NCBI GenBank assembly: GCA_965284445.1
Contig: OZ260085.1
Location: 2,017,443-2,081,442 of the forward strand
Direction of reading: 5' to 3'
DNA: 64,000 bases
Source of the DNA: Crocinitomicaceae bacterium
GTDB taxonomy: Bacteria > Bacteroidota > Bacteroidia > Flavobacteriales_D > Crocinitomicaceae
In this document: positions 7,964-17,461 of the stretch, piece by piece
Layout of the letters: each line of letters begins with the position of its first letter
How positions within the stretch are numbered: position 1 is the first letter of the stretch
The notes under the pieces: model-generated
Databases searched by the model: none
What the model saw: only the letters and a program-made list of their open reading frames with translations
Told to the model about the DNA's origin: nothing
Program-made: the position numbers and the translations under genes

Positions 7964-7979
7964 TAATATTGCAATATTA
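7964..7979. promoter_or_regulatory. Perfect 16-bp palindrome TAATATTGCAATATTA, candidate ArsR operator overlapping a -7-like box
   Basis: Lies 17-32 nt upstream of the arsR ATG. On the minus strand it reads TAATATTG, one mismatch from TAnnTTTG. Confidence 0.5.
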
Positions 7980-8043
7980 CGATAAAGATTTTGAAAGCAG
8001 AAATTATTTTGAATTTTAATGATTTTGTATGATCTAAAAAAGA

Positions 8044-9300
8044 TTAAATGATTTGTGATTGTTCTAAAGATTCCCAGAAATTGGAATAACTTTTCGCAAC
8101 AGATTGAGCATCGTCAACTACCATATCGGAATCTGAAAACATACCAGCGATTGCCAAACACATGGCGATTCTATGGTCGTTGTGAGAATTAACATTCCCA
8201 CCTTCAATTGAATCTTTTCCATAAATATGCATGGTATCTTCCAATTTGTTCAACACAATATTGACACCTAATTTTTCAAATTCTGATTTCAAAACATCCC
8301 CTCGATCACTTTCTTTGTGTTTCAATCGGGAAATCCCTTTGATATCAGAACGTCCATCGCAAAGAGCTGCGAAGGTTGCCAAAGCAGGAAATAAGTCTGG
8401 ACAATGTGTAGCGTCAAACTGAAACGACTTGCGTTCGATTCCGTCAATTGAAATGTTTTTATCCGTAAAAAGAACTTTACAATTTGCTGCTTCAAAAGCT
8501 TTTAATATGGCTTTGTCGGCTTGCAAACTTGTCAAAGAAAGACCAGCAACCTGTATATCTTGTCCTAGAGCTGAGGCAACCAACCAATAACTTGCCGCAC
8601 TCCAATCTCCTTCGATTTCATAATTTGTTGGCAAATATTTTTGTTGACCTGCGATAATAAATTGCTCAAAATTTTGCTGTTGAATATCAATGCCAAATTG
8701 AGACAAAGTATTGATAGTCATTTGAACGTATGGAATGCTTTTAAGATTTTTAACGTTCAATCTACTTTCACTTTCTAACAGCGGAAGCGCCATCAACAAT
8801 CCAGATAAATACTGCGAACTCAAACTGCTATCTAACGAAATTCCACTTCCGTTCATTGTACCTTCTACTTCGATTGGAATATAGCCATTTTGCGATTTAA
8901 CTTTCGCGCCAAATTGAGGTAAAATTTCCTCAAAAAAATGCATTGGTCTGTTGGCGAGTGAACCAGATCCGCTGATTTCATATTTACCAGCATGTGCAGC
9001 GCAAACACTGGTGATTAATCGAAAGCCCAAACCGCTTTCGTGCATTTCCAACTTTGCATCAGTAGGAAACTTTTGAATTCCCGTGATTTCAGTTTTATTT
9101 GATTCAAAATTAATTACTTGCGCACCCAATTTTTGAACAGCTTGAAGCATCGCTAATTCATCATTGCTGTTTCCTATGTTGGATAAAATACTTGTTCCTT
9201 TGCAAAGAGCCGCGCTCAAAATGGCACGTTGTGTGTCGCTTTTAGAACTTGGAATTTGAATAATTCCAGCGTATTTCCCAGGAGAAACAGTTTTTTTCAT
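8044..9300 (-). CDS. aroA: 3-phosphoshikimate 1-carboxyvinyltransferase (EPSP synthase)
   Basis: PSSKSDTQRAILSAAL, LANRPM and HNDHRIAM motifs. 418 aa. Confidence 0.92.
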   Translation of the reverse strand: MKKTVSPGKYAGIIQIPSSKSDTQRAILSAALCKGTSILSNIGNSNDELAMLQAVQKLGAQVINFESNKTEITGIQKFPTDAKLEMHESGLGFRLITSVCAAHAGKYEISGSGSLANRPMHFFEEILPQFGAKVKSQNGYIPIEVEGTMNGSGISLDSSLSSQYLSGLLMALPLLESESRLNVKNLKSIPYVQMTINTLSQFGIDIQQQNFEQFIIAGQQKYLPTNYEIEGDWSAASYWLVASALGQDIQVAGLSLTSLQADKAILKAFEAANCKVLFTDKNISIDGIERKSFQFDATHCPDLFPALATFAALCDGRSDIKGISRLKHKESDRGDVLKSEFEKLGVNIVLNKLEDTMHIYGKDSIEGGNVNSHNDHRIAMCLAIAGMFSDSDMVVDDAQSVAKSYSNFWESLEQSQII

Positions 9301-10397
9301 TTGAGTAAATCTGGATTCATCACGCGGGTTTGGTGGCGAATCGATTCTTGGTGAATGTCATCCATGATGCTGCGCACAAACTTTGGCGTCAAATACATTT
9401 CCTCTACTTTTTCAAGTCTTGAAGCAATGATTTTCTTCCAATGATTTTCCTGCAAAATTGTGATGTTATTTTGTCTTTTGAAAATTCCCAATTCTTCGCT
9501 CACTTTCATTCTTGCTGAAAGAATTTCGAATAAACGATCATCTAAAATATTGATTTTAGTTCTAAAATCTTCCATTTCAGACCACAAAGAATCACCAATT
9601 TGGTTAGAACGAAGAATCAATTTATCAATTAAATTCTTTAAAACTGCGGGCGTAATTTGTTGCGCCGCGTCAGACCATGCTTCATCAGGATTAGGATGCG
9701 TTTCAATCATCAATCCATCGAAATTTAAATCCATTGCTTTTTGAGAAATTTCATGCAACAAATCTCTCCGTCCTGAAATGTGACTCGGGTCGCAAATCAA
9801 TGGAATGTGTGGCATATTTTCTTTCAATCCAATCGGCAATTCCCAATTGGGAACATTGCGGTACTTTGGATGTTTGTAAACTGAAAAACCACGATGAATC
9901 GCAGCCAAATCAGTCAATCCAACTTTCTGAAATCTTTCAAAAGCGCCCATCCACAAACTCAAGTCAGGATTGACAGGGTTTTTGATCATCACAGGCGTAT
10001 TCGTTCCTTTCAACGCATCCGCCAAATCTTGAATTGCGAACGGATTAACTGTTGTTCTAGCTCCAATCCAAAGCACATCAACGCCAGCTTTTAGCGCACT
10101 TTCCACGTGTTTTGGATTGGCAACTTCTGTTGTTGTTGGAAGTTTTGTTTGTTTTCCTGCCTCCACCAACCAAGGAAGTCCAATTTCACCAACGCCTTCA
10201 AATGAATCAGGGCGAGTTCTGGGTTTCCAAATTCCGGCACGCAAAAGTTGTGCATTTCCATTGGCCGCAATTTCTTTGCAAACGGAAATGACTTGTTCTT
10301 CCGTTTCAGCACTGCATGGACCAGTAACTAAAAATGGTCTGTTTGTATCTTGAATGAGTTTTTGAAGATTCATTTTATTGCGCTTTGGATTTAACAT
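9297..10397 (-). CDS. Bifunctional type I-beta DAHP synthase with C-terminal chorismate mutase
   Basis: KDO8PS-like DAHPS core (GPCSAE, ICDPSH) plus a C-terminal CM helix region (ILDDRLFEILSARMKVSEELG). An alternative start ATG at 10373 lies 1 nt after the tsaB stop. The stop overlaps the aroA start (ATGA). Confidence 0.85.
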   Translation of the reverse strand: MLNPKRNKMNLQKLIQDTNRPFLVTGPCSAETEEQVISVCKEIAANGNAQLLRAGIWKPRTRPDSFEGVGEIGLPWLVEAGKQTKLPTTTEVANPKHVESALKAGVDVLWIGARTTVNPFAIQDLADALKGTNTPVMIKNPVNPDLSLWMGAFERFQKVGLTDLAAIHRGFSVYKHPKYRNVPNWELPIGLKENMPHIPLICDPSHISGRRDLLHEISQKAMDLNFDGLMIETHPNPDEAWSDAAQQITPAVLKNLIDKLILRSNQIGDSLWSEMEDFRTKINILDDRLFEILSARMKVSEELGIFKRQNNITILQENHWKKIIASRLEKVEEMYLTPKFVRSIMDDIHQESIRHQTRVMNPDLLK

Positions 10398-11052
10398 TCA
10401 TCACAAAATCTTTCAAGTAGAAAGGCTCAAAGTAAGCAACATCTTCAAAAGCTTTTTGTTCAAATTTTTGATACGCCAATTTCACTTGACCTTTGGCACT
10501 TGATAAGACCTCCGTTGCAAAAACGACATTTCGATTTTGCCATAAATCTTTCAACTTTTCAGCGCCATCGCCACAAGCAACGAATGGTTCAAATTCAGTG
10601 TAAGAATTTTCATCCAATATATCTGCAGAAATGGATTTAATCACTTCACTATTTTGATTAAAAGCAGCTGCGAAAACTTCCATTCTTCTTGCATCAATCA
10701 TCGGAATGATGTTTTGATTTGGATATTTTTCAAGTGCATTTTGTTGAATTGAAACCAAGGCATCTACTGCAATTAATGGAATTGAAAGTGCATAACACAA
10801 TCCTTTGGCGGTTGAAACACCGATCCGTAAACCTGTATAGGAACCCGGTCCAGAAGCAATCGAAACCGCAGAAAGTTGTTTGGCTGTAATTCCCTCGGAT
10901 TTCAGAGCATCTTCAATCAATAAAGTGAGATTTTCACCGTGAGAAAAACCTGCTTCTTGGATTTCTTTTAATTGCTTGATTTGTCCATTCAAAGACAGCG
11001 CAACTGAACAAACTTTCGTTGCAGTTTCTAAATGTAAAATGTATGTACTCAT
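10375..11052 (-). CDS. tsaB: tRNA t6A biosynthesis protein TsaB
   Basis: ETATKVCSVAL and ASGPGSYTGLRIGVSTAKGL. Confidence 0.88.
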   Translation of the reverse strand: MSTYILHLETATKVCSVALSLNGQIKQLKEIQEAGFSHGENLTLLIEDALKSEGITAKQLSAVSIASGPGSYTGLRIGVSTAKGLCYALSIPLIAVDALVSIQQNALEKYPNQNIIPMIDARRMEVFAAAFNQNSEVIKSISADILDENSYTEFEPFVACGDGAEKLKDLWQNRNVVFATEVLSSAKGQVKLAYQKFEQKAFEDVAYFEPFYLKDFVMNVKSKAQ

Positions 11053-11741
11053 TAATCAGCTAACTCCAATTTAAATCCAATTCCATGAATATTGGCGATG
11101 CTTACTTTTGGATCTTCTTTCAAGTATTTTCTCAATTTCGTGATGAATACATCTAAACTTCTACCAACAAAATAATCATCTTGTCCCCAAACTGCATTGA
11201 GAACAATTTCTCTTGCAACTACTTGGTTTTTGAATTTGCACAAGATTTTCAAAATTTGCGCTTCTTTTTTGGTCAAAGTTTTTTCAAAATCAGCATGGAT
11301 CAATTTGTAGTTTTCTGTATCAAATTGGTAACTTCCCAATGGAATAATTACTTCTTCTGGCTCAGTAACCAAGATATTGATTCGTTTTAGCAAAGCTTTG
11401 ATTCTAACCTGAAGTTCTTCAAAACTAAATGGTTTAGTCAAATAATCATCTCCACCAGCATCGAAACCAGCAATTTTATCTTCAGTCATAGACTTTGCGG
11501 TCAAGAAAATAATCGGTGTCTCCTTGTCAATTTTGCGAATATCGGCAGCCAAAGTGAAACCATCTTTTTTAGGCATCATTACATCCAAAATACACAAGTG
11601 GTATTTTTCATCATTGAAACGCTGATAAGCATCCATTCCATTGGTACAAAGTGTTACGTGATAACCTTCAGAACGCAATTGATCTGCGATAACAAATCCT
11701 AAACTAGTGTCGTCTTCTGCTAATAAAATTTTCGCTTTCAT
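11052..11741 (-). CDS. OmpR/PhoB-family response regulator (no adjacent kinase)
   Basis: Receiver domain (LLAEDD, LCILDVMMP, LTAK) plus a winged-helix C-terminus (GIGFKL). Its stop TAA shares one base with the tsaB ATG (TAATG). Confidence 0.9.
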   Translation of the reverse strand: MKAKILLAEDDTSLGFVIADQLRSEGYHVTLCTNGMDAYQRFNDEKYHLCILDVMMPKKDGFTLAADIRKIDKETPIIFLTAKSMTEDKIAGFDAGGDDYLTKPFSFEELQVRIKALLKRINILVTEPEEVIIPLGSYQFDTENYKLIHADFEKTLTKKEAQILKILCKFKNQVVAREIVLNAVWGQDDYFVGRSLDVFITKLRKYLKEDPKVSIANIHGIGFKLELAD

Positions 11742-11913
11742 GCTGTGTGTAAATTTTCCGAAATTTAATGATTAAAAGCATAGAGTCTATTTTGTTAACC
11801 AATTATTAGGAATATTTATCAGAAAAAAACTAGAGTAGCCTTTTCATCTTTTAATATTCAAAATTTGAAAGAATTGATTCATTGAAATGATTCGAAATTT
11901 CTAATTGAATCAC

Positions 11914-11921
11914 TACCTTTG
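11914..11921 (+). promoter_or_regulatory. -7 box TACCTTTG for purB
   Basis: Exact TAnnTTTG, 17 nt upstream of the ATG at 11938. It lies inside the track's TTG-extended ORF. Confidence 0.5.
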
Positions 11922-11937
11922 CACTTTAATAAACGTT

Positions 11938-13293
11938 ATGGAATTAAATGCGTTGACCGCAATTTCCCCTGTTGATGGACGATACAGAGGAAAAACCAAT
12001 GAATTGGCACCTTATTTTTCTGAATTTGGATTGATCAAATACCGCGTAAGAGTGGAAATAGAATATTTGATTTCGCTTGTTGAATCCGAAATTGAACCGC
12101 TAAAAGATTTTCCGAGAGAAAAGTTCGATAATTTGAGAAATTGCTACCTGAACTTTTCAGAAAGTGATGCACTTTGGATTAAAAATTCAGAAAAAATCAC
12201 CAATCATGATGTGAAAGCGGTTGAATATTTCCTAAAAGAGCAAATGATTGCACTTGGATTGGAGAAATATTTGGAATTTGTGCATTTCGGTTTGACTTCT
12301 CAAGATATCAATAATACCAGTATTCCTCTTTCATTGAAAGAAGCGTTGGAAAATGAATATTATCCAATGTTGCAACAAGTGATTGATAAATTGAATGATT
12401 TGAAATCTACTTGGAAAGATATTCCGATGTTGGCTAAGACACACGGTCAGCCAGCTTCTCCAACACGTTTGGGGAAAGAAATTCAAGTTTTTTCAGAGCG
12501 TTTAGAAAAACAATTTACACAAGCTTTGGCTGTTCCATTTTCTGCCAAATTTGGTGGCGCAACAGGAAATATGAATGCACATTTTGTGTCTTTTCCAACA
12601 CACAATTGGGTTGATTTTGCCAATCATTTTGTGAATGATATTTTGGGATTAGATCGATCTCAAACTACCACACAAATTGAACATTACGATAATTTAGCTG
12701 CTTTGTTTGATGCTTTGAAGAGAATCAATACAATCATCTTGGATTTAAACCGTGATATGTGGTTGTATGTTTCCATGGATTATTTCAAACAAAAATTGAA
12801 AGAAGGAGAAGTTGGGTCGTCAGCAATGCCACACAAGGTTAATCCAATTGATTTTGAAAATTCTGAAGGAAATATAGGAATTGCAAATGCGTTACTTGAA
12901 CATTTATCAGCGAAATTACCTGTTTCTAGGTTACAAAGAGATTTAACCGATTCCACAGTATTGAGAATGATTGGTGTTCCTTTGGCACATGCATTAATAG
13001 CATTTAAATCTACACTCAACGGTTTAGAGAAATTGTTGTTGAACGAAGCAGCTTTTGCTAAAGATTTAGAAGCAAATTGGGCTGTAGTTGCAGAAGCAAT
13101 TCAAACCATTTTGCGCCGTGAAGGTTATCCAAAACCTTATGAAGCGTTGAAAGGTTTGACTCGTAAAAATGAAGCCGTGACGCAAGCAACTGTGCATGAT
13201 TTTATCGACACTTTGGAAATTTCTGAAGCTGTAAGAGCAGAATTAAAACAAATTACGCCTCAAAACTATACAGGAGTTCAGTTGGTAAAATAA
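11938..13293 (+). CDS. purB: Adenylosuccinate lyase
   Basis: SPVDGRYRGK and the fumarate-lyase signature GSSAMPHKVNP. Start trimmed from the TTG at 11905 to the ATG at 11938. Confidence 0.93.
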   Translation: MELNALTAISPVDGRYRGKTNELAPYFSEFGLIKYRVRVEIEYLISLVESEIEPLKDFPREKFDNLRNCYLNFSESDALWIKNSEKITNHDVKAVEYFLKEQMIALGLEKYLEFVHFGLTSQDINNTSIPLSLKEALENEYYPMLQQVIDKLNDLKSTWKDIPMLAKTHGQPASPTRLGKEIQVFSERLEKQFTQALAVPFSAKFGGATGNMNAHFVSFPTHNWVDFANHFVNDILGLDRSQTTTQIEHYDNLAALFDALKRINTIILDLNRDMWLYVSMDYFKQKLKEGEVGSSAMPHKVNPIDFENSEGNIGIANALLEHLSAKLPVSRLQRDLTDSTVLRMIGVPLAHALIAFKSTLNGLEKLLLNEAAFAKDLEANWAVVAEAIQTILRREGYPKPYEALKGLTRKNEAVTQATVHDFIDTLEISEAVRAELKQITPQNYTGVQLVK

Positions 13294-13324
13294 AATCATT
13301 ACTTTTAAGAAAAAGAAGAAAATA

Positions 13325-14887
13325 ATGAAAATTTGGCTAACGAGTTTTGCTTTGATTTTGGTTTTATTTGCTAATGCTCAATATAATATTGAATGGAGTG
13401 AATTAATTAAAGCCAAGGGCAATACATCCAAAATACTTCCTGTTTCTGGCGCCAATTTCTTTACATTGCGTTGGCAAGGAGGAATGTTAGGTTCCATGTA
13501 TTTAGCAAATCACAGCCGTTTTGTTGTAGCCTCTTCAGGAAAAGTCCAATATGTTGTCGGAAAAAGTTTGGCAACTTATGAAGGCGTTTCAACCATCAAT
13601 GGCAAAATTGTAGTTTTTCTCTCAGATAAATTCGACGGCAAAAACAAACTTTTCATGCAAAAGTATGGTTCAGATTGTAAACCAGATGGTCCAGCCATTG
13701 AACTGGCCTCCTACGAAATTCCAAATAGCTGGAATAAAAGAGGATATTTCAATATCATTAATTCGCAAAATAAAGAATTTTTGTGTGTTGAATACGACAT
13801 TCCTGGTTCCAAAACTGAAAAACAGAAGTTTGGTTATAAAGTTTTGACAGACAGTTTAGAAGTTGTTACTGAAGGTGAATATGAATCGCCCTATGATCCA
13901 AATATTTCCGACATTTCAAATCGATATTTATCCAATACTGGAGATTATTTCTTTGCTTGTAAGATTTACAATACCAATGAAAAAGGACGCGTAAAAGATC
14001 GATCAACCTTGGAGAAAGCGATTGTAATTCAAGTAACTCCTGACGGATTGGATGAGTTTGAATTGGACTTAGACAGTAAACGTATTTTTGACATGAGTTT
14101 TTCATCAGACAACAATCGAATCATGACTTTTACTGGTTTGTATGGCGATGCTGAAAAAGGAAATTCTGGCTTTAAAGGAATTTTTTATTTTAGATTGGAT
14201 TTCGATAAAAAAGAAATCATTGATGAAGGATTTGAAAAATTTAGCAAAGATTTTATCATGCAAGATTGGTCCGAAAAAGAGATTGAACGCGCCAATAAAC
14301 GAGAAGAGAATGGAAAATCAGCCCCGCAACTTTTCAACTATGATATCCGTGAAACCATAACTTTAGCGGATGGAAGCATCGTTGGCATGTTGGAGCAATA
14401 TTATGTGCGACAAATCACGAGCAACGATTACCGATCCAATGTTACTTCTTCCACTTTCTATTATTATTACAATAACTTGATTGTCTATAAAATTCAACCG
14501 AATGGAACTTTTGAATGGGTGAAAAATATTCCTAAAAACCAAGTTTCTATCAATGATTACGGTTATTACAGCTCAATTGCAAGATTTATTACCAAAGATA
14601 AATTGGTGATTTTCTTCAATGATAATCTGAATAACTATGATGAAAAAGGGGTTTGGAACAACAATGTTTATACAGCTAGTTTTCGAAAAAAAACCAATAC
14701 CGTTGCGAAAGTGGAAGTCAAACTCAATGATGGTTCTATTGAAAGAAATACATTTTTTGACAGACTAGAAACCAGTGCTTTGGCAGTTCCGAAATTATTT
14801 GAGACAGATTATAAAAACAAACAAATGCTCATTTATTTAATCATCAATCGAAAGGAAAAATTTGGCCTGCTAGATTTCGAAAATTGA
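13325..14887 (+). CDS. Secreted hypothetical protein
   Basis: Signal peptide MKIWLTSFALILVLFANAQ, beta-rich composition, no recognisable motif. Confidence 0.6.
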   Translation: MKIWLTSFALILVLFANAQYNIEWSELIKAKGNTSKILPVSGANFFTLRWQGGMLGSMYLANHSRFVVASSGKVQYVVGKSLATYEGVSTINGKIVVFLSDKFDGKNKLFMQKYGSDCKPDGPAIELASYEIPNSWNKRGYFNIINSQNKEFLCVEYDIPGSKTEKQKFGYKVLTDSLEVVTEGEYESPYDPNISDISNRYLSNTGDYFFACKIYNTNEKGRVKDRSTLEKAIVIQVTPDGLDEFELDLDSKRIFDMSFSSDNNRIMTFTGLYGDAEKGNSGFKGIFYFRLDFDKKEIIDEGFEKFSKDFIMQDWSEKEIERANKREENGKSAPQLFNYDIRETITLADGSIVGMLEQYYVRQITSNDYRSNVTSSTFYYYYNNLIVYKIQPNGTFEWVKNIPKNQVSINDYGYYSSIARFITKDKLVIFFNDNLNNYDEKGVWNNNVYTASFRKKTNTVAKVEVKLNDGSIERNTFFDRLETSALAVPKLFETDYKNKQMLIYLIINRKEKFGLLDFEN

Positions 14888-14972
14888 TTGCGGATTTATA
14901 GTCTTTTGCAAGTTCAACAATAATTTAACATTTTTTTAAACATTATCCTTTTCAAGATCAAATCAAAAGACT

Positions 14973-15090
14973 TACCTTTGTGCCACAATAGCAATTTTTC
15001 ATAGGAGTTGTTTTTGGGTTTTATAGTTTTAGCATAGTTTAGCGAAAAGAGGAGTAGAATTTCATAGGTTTACTCCTCTTTTTGGTTTCT
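14973..15090 (+). ncRNA. Candidate small RNA unit: -7 box TACCTTTG (14973-14980) plus about 100 nt ending in a strong terminator
   Basis: Exact promoter box, no ORF, and a terminator stem AAAGAGGAGTA (15046-15056) / TACTCCTCTTT (15071-15081) followed by a T-rich run. The downstream gene has its own TATTTTTG box at 15207-15214. Confidence 0.3.
15046..15090 (+). terminator. Intrinsic terminator (11-bp perfect stem, T-rich tail)
   Basis: See coordinates above: 14-nt loop, then TTGGTTTCT. Confidence 0.6.
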
Positions 15091-15251
15091 GGAAGTTTGC
15101 CTTCTTCTTAAATTCAAAAATTAACATTCAATTTCCTACGCTCTAATCTGACTAACAAAAGTTTGATTTCAATAAAAATGTTTTCCCTTCAATTAAGCTT
15201 TTTTATTATTTTTGCTCAATCACACTGTTATTCACATAATTACTGATTGTC

Positions 15252-16748
15252 ATGCTTAGAATTTTAATTATTTCTGCGTTGTCTTTGTTGGGCTTTACTG
15301 CTTTCTCACAAACGCAAGGTTCAGCATATACTGCTGTTGGAAAAGGAGTTGCTACAACATTTTTGACTGATTATCAATGTCTAGGAATAAATAATTCAGC
15401 GTTGGGTTGGGGAACGGGTTACAAAGACAAACGCTTTACGACAGGATCGAGTGAGTTTGGTTTTGGAATTTACAGTGATGCTTTGAGCAGTTCAAAATTG
15501 AAAAATTTATCTAAAAGTCTTCAAGATCAATTGTTAGGAAAAGGAGATAAAAATTTTGATTGGGGTCAACAAAAAGAAGCTGCTGCGAATTACGCATTGT
15601 CAGGAATTGCGATTTTTGCAGATTACAATTGGGCTGGCTTTTCATTTCAAGGGAAGAAATTCGGAGGAATCGCTTTCAATATTTCTGAGAATTATCAATG
15701 GTATTCGAAATTGAGTCAAAAAACAACGGACATCATTTTCAAAGGTCAACTTTCTGGATATTTTGATTCACTTCAAATTGTATTGAATGGAGATACTTCC
15801 ATGATTGCCAACACCCAAAATTTATCTCCAGATACTTTGGCTGCAGCGATACAAGGATCAGTTGCGATTCCTTTGAGATTGAGTGAAATCACCATTGGAT
15901 CATCAGTAAAAATGTTGTGGACGCGCTCATACAACTTTGGATATGGAAGAAAAATCATTGGTAAAGATTCTGTTTTCGCAATCTATGGTGGAATTGGTGG
16001 ACGATTTATACAATCAATGGCGATGTTTGATATGGAATCTGACGAAAATGGATTGAAACTTTATTCCTCACTTTCGCCAGCTTTTAATCTAGATTATGGC
16101 GCAATCGCATCGACCAATTTATCTACTTATACGACAACTAAAGGCGGATTACCAGCATCTGTCGGAAATGGTTACGGAATTGATTTATCAGCAAGTGCCA
16201 TATTTTTTGGCAGATTAAAAGTTGCTGCAGCTGTCAACAATGTTGGATCTGTAACTTACAACAGAAATGTTTATTCTGTAAAAGATACACTATTGGCAAA
16301 TATTTCTTTGGCAGGTTTAAACAACAACAATGTGACCGAATCTGTGAATCAATTGATGCGTGATGGTGGAATTTTGACACTTCAAGGAAAAGAAAAATAT
16401 GTAGTTAATAATCCTTCTAATATTAGAATTGGAGCAAGTTTTCAACCATTCAAATTCTTAAATTTCGGATTTGACATGGTCGCTCCGTTCAATAAATCTA
16501 ATCCTGGAAGTATCCAAAATGCCGTTTTCTCTTTTGGTGGAGATATTCGTCCTGTTAAATGGTTGCAATTTAGTGTTGGCTACTTAGGTGGTGGCATTTA
16601 CAAAACCAATGTTCCTGTAGGGATTAACTTTATTTTAAGAGATGGAGCTTACGAAATTGGAATTTCCTCCAGAGATGCGATTTCTTTTTTCTCAAAAAAC
16701 ACAAAAAGTCTTTCGGCAGCATTTGGATTTGCAAGATTTAGATTTTAA
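15252..16748 (+). CDS. Outer-membrane beta-barrel protein, family unknown
   Basis: Signal peptide, alternating Gly/aromatic beta-strand pattern, and a C-terminal FGFARFRF beta-signal ending in Phe. Confidence 0.6.
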   Translation: MLRILIISALSLLGFTAFSQTQGSAYTAVGKGVATTFLTDYQCLGINNSALGWGTGYKDKRFTTGSSEFGFGIYSDALSSSKLKNLSKSLQDQLLGKGDKNFDWGQQKEAAANYALSGIAIFADYNWAGFSFQGKKFGGIAFNISENYQWYSKLSQKTTDIIFKGQLSGYFDSLQIVLNGDTSMIANTQNLSPDTLAAAIQGSVAIPLRLSEITIGSSVKMLWTRSYNFGYGRKIIGKDSVFAIYGGIGGRFIQSMAMFDMESDENGLKLYSSLSPAFNLDYGAIASTNLSTYTTTKGGLPASVGNGYGIDLSASAIFFGRLKVAAAVNNVGSVTYNRNVYSVKDTLLANISLAGLNNNNVTESVNQLMRDGGILTLQGKEKYVVNNPSNIRIGASFQPFKFLNFGFDMVAPFNKSNPGSIQNAVFSFGGDIRPVKWLQFSVGYLGGGIYKTNVPVGINFILRDGAYEIGISSRDAISFFSKNTKSLSAAFGFARFRF

Positions 16749-16871
16749 AAATACCCGATTTCACCTTTTCCATTTGAATTGGTTTTATTGCTTCACAAAT
16801 AATCGATTTATTGAATATTCAGAAATAACTTAAACTAAATCGTTTATCATTTGTTTTGCTTAAAAAGCATT

Positions 16872-17459
16872 ATGAATAAATTCGTTTGGATTCCAGCAGC
16901 CGTTATCGGTCTAATAGTTATTACTGTTTTAGTTATGTCGTTTACAAGCAAAGGAACAGAAACTCCAGAATATAAAGTTTTAAAAACCATTGAAGAGGTA
17001 GAAATTAGACTTTATCCAAATATGATTGTAGCTAAAACAGCATTAACAGGAAATTCTTTTGATCAACAAGGAAGTACGGGTTTTAGAACTATCGCTGGTT
17101 ATATTTTTGGAGGAAATGACAAAAATCAAAAAATTGCGATGACTTCTCCCGTTGTAATGAGTATCGGCGACAGTGCAACAATGTATTTTGTAATGCCTAA
17201 AAGCTACAAACAAACAGATTTGCCAACACCAAATTCGTCGCAAGTAAAAATAGTGGAAGAATCAGCTAAAACACTAGCTGTTATTTCATATGGAGGATTT
17301 TCTTCTGATGAAAAAATTGAAAATCACCGCGCTAAATTGGCTGCAATTTTAACCAAAAACAACATCAAAACGAAGGGCGATTTTATGTACATGGGATACA
17401 ATGCCCCTTGGGATATAATCGATCGAAAAAATGAAGTTGCGATTGAGGTAGTTGAATAA
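16872..17459 (+). CDS. SOUL/heme-binding-protein family protein
   Basis: GFRTIAGYIFGGNDKNQKIAMTSPVVM is typical of the SOUL family. Start trimmed from the TTG at 16851 to the ATG at 16872 (MNKFVWIPAAVIG, membrane anchor or signal). Confidence 0.75.
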   Translation: MNKFVWIPAAVIGLIVITVLVMSFTSKGTETPEYKVLKTIEEVEIRLYPNMIVAKTALTGNSFDQQGSTGFRTIAGYIFGGNDKNQKIAMTSPVVMSIGDSATMYFVMPKSYKQTDLPTPNSSQVKIVEESAKTLAVISYGGFSSDEKIENHRAKLAAILTKNNIKTKGDFMYMGYNAPWDIIDRKNEVAIEVVE

Positions 17460-17461
17460 TC

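Noticed and set aside
9460-10353. Several ORFs of 66-94 aa on both strands within 9297..10397
   Set aside because: All are embedded in the DAHP synthase/chorismate mutase gene, and none has motif or promoter support.
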